Below are positions 55,007 to 64,000 of a stretch of DNA of 64,000 nt, one piece after another (position 1 is the stretch's first letter; each line of letters opens with the position of its first letter). Under the pieces are notes generated by a model, which was given only the letters and a program-made list of their open reading frames with translations, did not search any database and had not been told where the DNA came from. The position numbers and the translations under genes are program-made. The DNA comes from Anaeramoeba ignava BMAN (lineage: Eukaryota; Protista; Anaeramoebae), in the NCBI GenBank assembly GCA_028826165.1, contig JAPDFW010000080.1, forward strand, positions 310,001-374,000, in the 5' to 3' direction.

Positions 55007-55323
55007 TTGTTTTTGTTTTTGTTTTTGTTTTTGTTTTTGTTTTTGTTTTAATAAAAATTTAAAAATAATAAAAAAATGAAAAAAATTAATTAAAAAAAAT
55101 GATCAAAATAAAATAAAAAAAAATTTATTATTAAGTTTATTCAATTGTTGACTAATTTTTTAAAAAAATTATTTTTTTAATCTTTTTTTTTTTTAATTTT
55201 TTTTTAAAATAAAAAATAATAAAAAAATCTAATAAAGAAATTCTAAAAAATTTATCTATTCTTTTTAAAATCAAAAGAAGAAAAAAAAAATTCAATTCAA
55301 ATCAAATCAATTCAATTCTTGTT

Positions 55324-57805
55324 TTAGAAATTTTCAAATTGTTTTTCAAATTGTTTTTCTGAAATTTTTCCTTTTTTTAATTTCTTTAAAGCATTTGTTT
55401 CTTTTTCTAATTCTTTCCATTCTTTTTCTCTTTCTTTCATTTTTTGAATAGCTTCTTCTTCTTGTTGTTTTTTTAAATTTTCTATTAATTTCTTTCTTTT
55501 TTTCTTATTAATTTTTTGTTTAATTTTTTTTTCAACAAAAGAGTTGTATTTTTTTTCAAATTTTGGAACATGTTTTGAATTGGAATTTGAAATTTCTTGT
55601 AGTTTTTTAAGTCTTGCTTGTTCTTTTTTAGGATTTTTATATTTAATATCATTAATATTAATATCTAAAGGTTTAAAATCATCAACAGATTTAAATTTAA
55701 ATTCTTTCATAATTGGAAGCTATAAAAATTTAATAATAAATATTTAAATAAATTTAATAATAAAATTTAATAATAATTTTTCATTTTGATTACTTGAATT
55801 AATAGAAATAAATTCGCTAAATTTCCAATATTTAAATTTTTGAATTGAAACACATATTTTAATTTATGTTCTTTATATCCTCTTATAAAAGAAACAAATG
55901 CTATTTTTCCTTTATCAAATAAATCACGATCTTCAAGAACATTTTGTTTTCCAATTTTCATAATATCACCAGGTGATTGATCAAGAATTTCTTTGCAAGA
56001 TAAATTTTCGAAATTTGGATATTCTTTAAATTTTCTATATTTATATTTATATTTTAAATATTTATATTTATTTAAATATTATTTTAATATTTATATTTAT
56101 ATTTATAATTATTTATGTTTATATTTATATTTTAAATATTTATATTTATATTTTAATGTTTATATTTTAAATATTTATATTTATATTTATTTAAATATTT
56201 ATATTTATATTTATTTATATTTTAAATATTTATATTTATATTTTAAATATTTATATTTTAAATATTTATATTTTAATATTTATATTTTAAATATTTATAT
56301 TTTTAAATATTTATATTTATATTTATATTTATATTTTAATATTTATATTTATATTTTAAATATTTATATTTATTTAAATATTTATATTTTAAATATTTAT
56401 ATTTATATTTTAAATATTTATATTTATGTTTATATTTATATTTTAAATATTTATATTTATATATTTTAAATATTTATATTTATATATTTTAAATATTTAT
56501 ATTAGTTTGATACTTTTCGGGATTGAAATCTTCTAACTTCATTTCTTTAATAGGAACATCACTCATTTCTAAAAAATCAATATAACTATCTTCTTGTTGA
56601 CTAAGAAATAAAATAGCACTTCCAAAATTACCAATTCTAGCAGTCCTTCCAACTCGATGAATAAAAGAATTTGGATCTTGAGGAGGATCAAGTTGGATAA
56701 TCCAATCAACATTAGGAATATCAACACCACGACTGGATAAATCTGTTGTTAATAAAGCACCATTCTTACAATCCAGAAAACTTTGATAAGTTTGATTTCT
56801 TTTGTTTTGATTTAATCTTCCATGCAAATTATACAGAAAAAAATCATTTGATTTGGAAAGTGACTGAAAAAAAGGAAATGATTTTAAAATTGCGGCAAAA
56901 AAATCAACTTGAGCACAAGTTAGAAAAAATATAATGAATTTTTTGTTGATATTTTGAAGAAGAAAATGAACTAATTGATTGAGTTTTTGATGATAATCAC
57001 AAATATAATAAAAATTGGATAACGAAGTAGGAATTGATTGATTCTTAGAAATATTATCTGAATTCTCATTCTCTAAGTCTTGATTATTATCATTTTGATT
57101 ATCATTTTGATTATCATTTTGATTATGAACATTTTCCACTTTCACTTTAACATAAACAGGATTTCTCAACCCAGCTTTAATAAGATCATCCAAATCATCA
57201 GTCATAGTCGCCGAAAACAAACCAGTTCGTCTTTGTTTAGGAAGATAGGAGAGGATGTTTGATATTGAGAGTTGGAAACCAAGATCTAAAAGACGATCAG
57301 CTTCATCTAAAATAAGAATATCTAACGAAGACAATAGAAATTTTTGTTTTTGCGGCGGATTTCTTAAATATTCAAGTAATCTTCCCGGAGTTGCAATGAT
57401 GATATTTGCTTCCATTGTTTCCTTCTCTTGATTTCTTTTCTTCTTGCTTTTTCCTCCAGTTATAAGAGACACAGAAAATTGAGTGAAAAAATTAGTGAAA
57501 ATTTTGGTGATTTTAAAAACTTGTCTTGCTAATTCACGAGTGGGAACTATAACAATAGCACCAATTTCATTATTTTGAAACGGTTTTTGTCGACGGTTCA
57601 AAATTTCAAATAGAGGTATTAAATATGCTAATGTCTTTCCTGATCCAGTGCAAGCACCAACTGCTGTATCTTTGTTTTTGATTAAAAGTGGAATTGTTGC
57701 TCTTTGAACTGGTGTCATTTTAGTAAAGCCAAAATGTGCAAGAACTTGTTTAGTTTTTTGATTTAATTGAATTGGAAGAAGATCCCATTCACCAGCTGTT
57801 GCCAT
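55324..57805 (-). CDS. DDX55: DEAD-box RNA helicase DDX55/Spb4
   Basis: Exons 57805-56514, 56034-55794 and 55719-55324. MTPVQ, TGSGKT, DEAD, LPKQRRTGLFSAT, DPPQDPNSFIHRVGRTAR, AFVSFIRGYKEH, LKKLKKGKIS. Confidence 0.92.
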
Positions 57806-58184
57806 TATAAAAAACAAAAGAAAAAAATGAAAAAAATGAAAAAAATAAAAATTAAAAAAATGAAAAAAATAAAATTGTTTTTATTTTTGTTTTTGTTTTT
57901 TTTGTTTGGTTTTTAATGTTTGGCTTTGTAAAAAGAAAAATTAAAAAAAAAAATTTTTTAAAAATCAAAAAAAAGAAAAAAAAATAAACTTTGATAAAAA
58001 AAAAACCATTTCTGAATTTTGTTCCAAAAAAAACAGTTAAACAATCCGTGAAAATTAAACATTTCAGAACTGTTTTCTAGCCAAACTGAATCATTCTTGA
58101 ATTAAAAATTATGAAAAAGAAAAAAAAAATGAGTAAAATTGAAATTGGTTTTTTTTTTGTTTGTTGTTTTTTTTTTAAATCAAA

Positions 58185-59000
58185 TTAATCGCTTGAAGTA
58201 TCGCTTTTTGACTTTGATTCTTGTTCTGTTTCAGATTTTGACTTTGATTCTTGTTCTGTTTCAGATTTTGATTTTGATTCAGATTCAGATTTTGACTTTG
58301 ATTCAGATTCACTTTCTGACTTTGATTCAGATTCACTTTCTGATTTGGCTTTCTTCTTTGATTTTGATTTTGATCTTTTTTTAGTTGATCTTGATCTTGG
58401 TTTTGATTTTGATCTTTTTTTAGTTGATCTTGATCTTCTAACCTTTTTTCTTTTTTTAAGTTTGATTCCTAAAACTTTCAAAACACTTTCAGTAGGAATA
58501 ATAAAATGTTGTTTAACTTGAAGTAAATCTTCATTTTCAACCATTCTTCTAAGTGCCAACTTTTTTTATTTTAAAATTATTTTTAAAAATTAAAATTAAT
58601 AAAAAACGTTAAAAAAAAAATTAATTAAAAAAAAAAATAAATAAAAAACGTTAAAAAAAAAATTTTTTAAAATAAAAAAAAAAAAGCAAAAATTTTTTAA
58701 TAAAAAAAATAAAAAATTAAAATTAAAATTAATAAGTCTTACTCTAAGATATGACTTATGATTTTTTCCAACTTTATAGTTATCAGTAATATAAACACCA
58801 ATTGCTTGTCTTGAAGCTCCCTTTCTCCAAGTCCCAACTTTTTTAATTGCTTCCAAAATCATTTTTTTATAAGGAGGATTCTTTGGTGTACTTTTTGATC
58901 TTTTTCTTGTTGATTTTTTATCGGTTTTTTTTTTCGAACTTGAACGATGTGAATGCTTTTTTGAATGCTTTTTTGAATCTTTTTTTGAACTTCTTGGCAT
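58185..59000 (-). CDS. Linker histone H1 with a winged-helix globular domain
   Basis: Exons 59000-58743 and 58559-58185. Basic N-tail, PPYKKMILEAI..KGASRQAIGVYITDNYKV..LRLALRRMV..LLQVKQHF, basic then SE/SK-repeat tail. Confidence 0.85.
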
Positions 59001-59443
59001 TGTGTTTTTGTGTTAAAGATAAATTCAATAACAAAAAAAAAAAAAAATAAAAGTTGATAAAAAAAAAAGACAAAGAAATGAAAAATGAAAAAAAAAATTT
59101 TGTAACGTTTTTTATTTATTCTTTTTGTTTTTAAAAAAAAAAATAAAATTTAATTTAATTTAAATAGAAAAAGAAAAGAAAAGGAAAGTTTTATTTTAAT
59201 TTAATTTAAATTTTTTTTTATTTTATTTTTTAACGTTTTTTAACGAATTTTTAATTAAAAAAAATAAATAAAATAAAAATAATTTTTTCAAATTATTAAT
59301 CATTTTTATTTAAAATTATTTTTTTTTTCAATTTAAAATAAAATCAATTTCTGTTTAATAAAATTATCTTTCTAATCAAATAAATCAATTTAAAAAAAAT
59401 TAATAAATTAAAAATCCATTATTAAAAATTATTAAAAATCATT

Positions 59444-60019
59444 TTAAAAAATTAAACATTTCTTTGATTGATTTTTTTTATCAGGATCAATAACAGCTTT
59501 TATAGCTTCATAAACAACTTCTTTCAAATTCTTTTGAGTCAAAGAAGAGCATTCCAAATATTCATAAGCATTAATTTCCTTTGCAAGTTTTTGTGCTGAA
59601 TCAAAATCAATAGGAGATAAACCCTTTTGATCCAATTTTTGGATCGTTTGTTCATCTTCTTTTAAATCTAATTTAGTTCCAACAAGAATAAAAGGAACAT
59701 TTTGAGAAAATTGAATAATTTCAGGAATCCATTTAGTTTTCACACTTTCGAATGAGGAAAGTGAAACCAGTGAAAAAAACACTAAGAAAACATCTGTTTG
59801 TGGATATGCTAATGGGCGGAGTTTATCATATTCTTCTTTTCCAGTTGTGTCCCAAAATCCTATTTGGATTTCTTGATCTTCATAATGAACTATATTTACA
59901 TTTGGTTCATAAACAGTTGGTATATATTCTCCTGGAAATGCATTTGTTTCATATGAAAATATAAATGATGTCTTTCCTACTTGTGAATCTCCAATTACAA
60001 CACATTTAATTGTTTTCAT
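59444..60019 (-). CDS. Rac/Rho-family GTPase, atypical
   Basis: IKCVVIGDSQVGKT, FPGEYIPTVY, WDTTGKEEYDKLRPLAYPQTDVF, GTKLDL, Rho insert, ECSSLTQ, CLIF. Confidence 0.92.
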   Translation of the reverse strand: MKTIKCVVIGDSQVGKTSFIFSYETNAFPGEYIPTVYEPNVNIVHYEDQEIQIGFWDTTGKEEYDKLRPLAYPQTDVFLVFFSLVSLSSFESVKTKWIPEIIQFSQNVPFILVGTKLDLKEDEQTIQKLDQKGLSPIDFDSAQKLAKEINAYEYLECSSLTQKNLKEVVYEAIKAVIDPDKKNQSKKCLIF

Positions 60020-60117
60020 TTTGAATATTTTTATTTTTTTTTTAATTAGAAAAAAAATGATTTTTTCATTTTTTTCATTTTTTCATTTTTTTCATTTTTT
60101 TCTTTTCTAATTTAAAA

Positions 60118-63100
60118 ATGCAAACAAGGTCTCAAACAAAAAAAAGAAAAGCAGCACAAAAAAAAAGAAAAAAAAAAAAAGAAAAAAGAAAAAGAAAAAG
60201 AAATTGAAATTGAAAATGAAAATGATAGTGAAAATGATAGTGAAAATGAAAGTGAAAATGATATGGATATTGAACAAAAAAATGAAAAGGGTTTTCCATT
60301 TACAATACCAAATAGACCACTAAGTTTAAAAGAAAGAGCTTTTTTTGGATATTTTTTATTCAAAGGTTTTTATTATGAAGAAAATAACAAAAAATTTAAT
60401 TGAAAAATTTATTTGAAGAATTTAAAATTAAAAAATTTAAAATTAAAAAATTTAAAATTAAAAAATTTAAAATTAAAAAATTTAAAATTAAAAAATTTAT
60501 TTGAAAAATTTATAATTAAAAAATTTATAATTGGAAAATTTAAAATTAAAAGCAAAAAGAGAGGAATATGAAGATGAATATGGAGATGATTATGAAGATT
60601 CAGATTCAGATGAATATGAAGATGGTTATGAAGATAAAAACAAAATGCTAAATAAATCCAAAATTCTGGATCAAGGAGGAATTCTAAAAGCAATTCAAGA
60701 TCGACTTGAAAAACAAAATTTAAATCAAGAAGATAAATTTGTTGAAGAAACTATTAAATCAATGATGAAATATCCAAATGATGAACAAATTCAACAAAAT
60801 GCTTGTTTTGATCTTGAAAAATTTTTAAGAAATAATCGAAGTATTTTTGTCTTCTTTTTTCTTTCAAAAATTTCAGTTCAATTTTCATTTAATTTTTTTA
60901 AAAAAAAAATCTAAAAAGCTAATCAAATAGAAATTTACGAATTAAACGGATTGGAATTAATGGTAAAAGCAATGGTGAATTTTCCAAAAAATGAGGTTAT
61001 TCAAAATGAAGTTTGTGCAACTTTATGGGGTTATGCAGGATTTAACCAAGGTTAATAAAATATTCAAATAAATATTTAAAATATTAAAAATATTCAAAAT
61101 ATTCATAATATTCAAATTATTCAAAATATTCAAAATATTTAAATTATTCAAAATATTTAAATTATTCAAAATATTCAAAATATTCAAAATATTCAAAATA
61201 TTCAAAATATTAAAATTATTATTAATATTTAAATTATTCAAAATATTCATAATATTCAAAATATTCAAAATATTATTAATATTTAAATTATTCAAAATAT
61301 TATTAATATTCAAAATATTCAAATTATTCAAAATATTCAAAATATTATTCAAAATATTATTCAAAATATTGTTCAAAATATTATTCTAAATTATTCAAAA
61401 TATTATTCAAATTATTCAAAATATTCAAAATATTCAAATTATTCAAATTATTATTAATATTTTGATTTTGATTTTGATTTTGATTTTGGATTGGAAAAAA
61501 AAACAAAGAAATGAAAACAAAGATTTTCAAATTTGGAGGAATTGAATTAATTTTTAAAGCAATGAAAAATTATCCAACTAATAGTAAAATTCAAAAAAAT
61601 GTATTAGGAGCTTTAGTAAATCTTGCTGAAGATAAAAGTAAAATAAATTTAAAAAATTCATAAATTAAAAAATATTAAATTTCAAAATAAAAAAGATAGC
61701 AACCTTCGTATAAAAAAATTATCAGGAATTGAATTAACTATTAAAACAATGAATAATTTCCCAAATAACCGACAAATACAAGAACTTGGAGTTTCACTTT
61801 TATCTTTTCTTGTAAATGAATTAGGTAAAAATTTCTCAAAAAGAAAAATTTTCGATTTTTAAAAAATTGATTTTTTTTCAAATCCACAAAAATAAAAAAA
61901 AAGAGAGTCAAAATAAAATAAGAGAATTAAAAGGAGTTGAAGTGGTTCTTAAAGCAATGAATAATTATCCAAATTACGAAATACTTCATGAACATGCTCT
62001 TCCACTTTTAGTTAATACAATAATTATTGAAAGTAAATCAAAATGAATCAATCAAATTTCTTTCTAAAAAAATACCACTTTTTTCATAAATTAATTTTTT
62101 TTCATCAAATTTTATATAAAAGAAAATAAAATTGCAGTAGCAAAATTAGGTTCAATTGAGACAGTTGTCCAAACAATGAATAGATACCCCAAAAATGCTG
62201 TTATTCAATGGAAAGCATCTTGGTTTTTAGGAAGTCTTTCAATTTCTGATAGTAAAAAATCAAAAATTAAATCAAAATTAAATCAAAATCAAAAATCAAA
62301 ATCAAAATCAAAATTAAAATCAAAATCAAAATCAAAATCAAAATCAAAATCAAAAATTAAAATAAAAATAAAAATAAAAATAAAAATCAAAAATCAAAAT
62401 CAAAATAAAAATAAAAATCAAAAATCAAAATCAAAATCAAAATTAAAATCAAAATCAAAATCAAAATCAAAATCAAAATCAAAATCAAAATCAAAATCAA
62501 AATTAAAATCAAAATCAAAATCAAAATTAAAATCAAAATCAAAATCAAAATCAAAATCAAAATCAAAATCAAAATCAAAATCAAAATCAAAATTAAAATT
62601 AAAATCAAAATCAAAATTAAAATCAAAATTAAAAATAAAATAAAAATCAAAAATCAAAATCAAAATCAAAATCAAAATCAAAAATCAAAATCAAAATCAA
62701 AATTAAAATCAAAATCAAAATCAAAATAAAAATCAAAATTAAAATCAAAATCAAAATTAAAATCAAATTCAAATTCAAAATCTAAATAAAAATAAAAATA
62801 AAAATCAAAATCAAAATCAAAATCAAAAATAAAAATAAAAATTAAAAGAAAGTAAAGAAGCAAAATCAAAATCAAAATCAAAATCAAAATCAAAATCAAA
62901 ATCAAAAATAAATCATAAATCTTATTGAATTTTTATTGAATTTTTATTGAATTTTTCAATCAGTCGGAATAACAGATGATATACGCAATTCAAATGGAAT
63001 CAAAGCAATCATTGATGCAATGATGAATTTCCCAAAAGACGAAAATATTCAAGAAATTGGATCACGAGCTTTAGTGACAATGTGCTTAGTAATTACTGGT

Positions 63101-63818
63101 AAATAAATCTAATAAAAATCCAAAATAATTTAAAATTCGGAAAAAAATTAAAGAACTTTTTTGATTTAAAAAAAAAGAAAATAACAAAATTGAAATTGGA
63201 AAACAAAACGGAATCAAAGTATTAATTCAGTTATTAAATAATTTCCCAAATCATAAAAAATTACTCTCAAATGGATGTTGGGTTTTACAAATTCTCAGTG
63301 AGATGAATAAAAGTAAATCAATTAGGAAATAATTTATGAATGAAAAAAAAAAGAATTTAAAATTTATCCATTTTTTTGTATTTTGAATTAAATAGAAAAC
63401 AAAAATGAAATTAGAGAATTAAATGGAATTGAACCAATTATTGAAGCAATGAAAAATTTCTCAGATGACATTCATATTCAAAATAAATGTTGTTGTTGTT
63501 TATCAAATCTCTCTTCTGAAGAACGTAAATTATTTCCAAATCAATCAAAAAATATTTTTTCAATTTTTAAATTATTTTCCAAAAAAAAAAAAAATAATTT
63601 CTTCTTGAAAAATTTCTTGTTTTTTTCTTTTTTTTTTTTTTTGTTATTTAGCAAATCAAAAACAAATCAAAAAATTAAAAGGAGTTCAATTGATTAAAAA
63701 AGCAATGGATAAATTCCCATATCATCCAATAATTCAAAAAAGTGGAAAAGCTGCATTAAAAAAACTTAATTCAACACAAAATAATCAAAATCAAAAAAAA
63801 TCATCCAAAAAAAAATAA
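60118..63818 (+). CDS. Armadillo-repeat protein, 11 exons
   Basis: Exons ~60118-60366, 60553-60840, 60919-61050, 61509-61637, 61696-61824, 61904-62032, 62123-62251, 62964-63098, 63178-63312, 63396-63524 and 63652-63818. Repeat consensus GIELxxKAMxNFPxNxxIQ. Probable poly-A frameshift in exon 1. Confidence 0.8.
62255..62910. repeat. Intronic (AAAATC)n microsatellite
   Basis: Fills the intron 62252-62963. Confidence 0.9.
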
Positions 63819-63886
63819 ATCAAAGAGAAATTCAATTTTAATTTTAATTTTGATTTTAATTTTAATTTTTAAATTTTGATTTAAAT

Positions 63887-64000
63887 TTTCTTCGAAATAG
63901 ATTAATCAAATGTTCTTAAAAATTAGAAAAAGAAGAAAGAGAATAATAAAGAAAGAAATTTTGATTTCCGGAAGAAACATGATAATTAGAAATATCATTA
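63887..64000 (-). pseudogene. 3' end of another RCC1-BTB paralog, truncated before the BTB cassette
   Basis: Reads NDISNYHVSSGNQNFFLYYSLSSFSNF*EHLINLFRRK versus paralog NISNYHVSCGYQNSFLYYYSPSFSNLEEDLIKLFRRK. TAA at 63918-63916; homology is lost after FRRK. Confidence 0.7.

Noticed and set aside
55324-57805. Intein or mobile-element insertion in the helicase or elsewhere in the window
   Set aside because: Helicase motifs are contiguous apart from a short NQND insert. I saw no Hint/LAGLIDADG, transposase or reverse-transcriptase motifs, terminal inverted repeats or LTRs.

Overview
Very AT-rich, intron-containing, gene-dense eukaryotic (protist) DNA using the standard code (TAA/TGA stops), with GT-AG introns often filled by simple repeats. 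The composition, BTB-family expansions and a TCATTTT motif before nearly every ATG suggest a metamonad such as Anaeramoeba; this is inference only. I reconstructed about 28 genes or gene fragments by hand. Housekeeping or recognisable genes: NCoR/SMRT-like SANT protein, Tousled-like kinase, Sec11, S41 peptidase, CNTD1-like cyclin, CEP120-like, stand-alone ELMO-type PH protein, URI1, TBL1, BUD13, CH-domain giant, C2-WW protein, DDX55, histone H1, Rac and an ARM-repeat protein. The most striking element is a BTB cluster at 12.7-43.3 kb: three RCC1-BTB-BTB genes plus a fragment, two BTB-BACK-TLDc genes, and a tandem array of six Rab GTPase-BTB-BTB-CaaX fusion genes. In that array the GTPase switch regions (switch II sits on a 24-nt micro-exon) differ in every copy while the BTB tail is almost identical, and the same BTB-BTB cassette is used by the RCC1 family. 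A tRNA-like gene with an aberrant UCA-containing anticodon loop lies inside the cluster. Several single-base frameshifts in homopolymers and a scrambled TBL1 middle section look like assembly errors. All family assignments come from motif recognition, not database searches.
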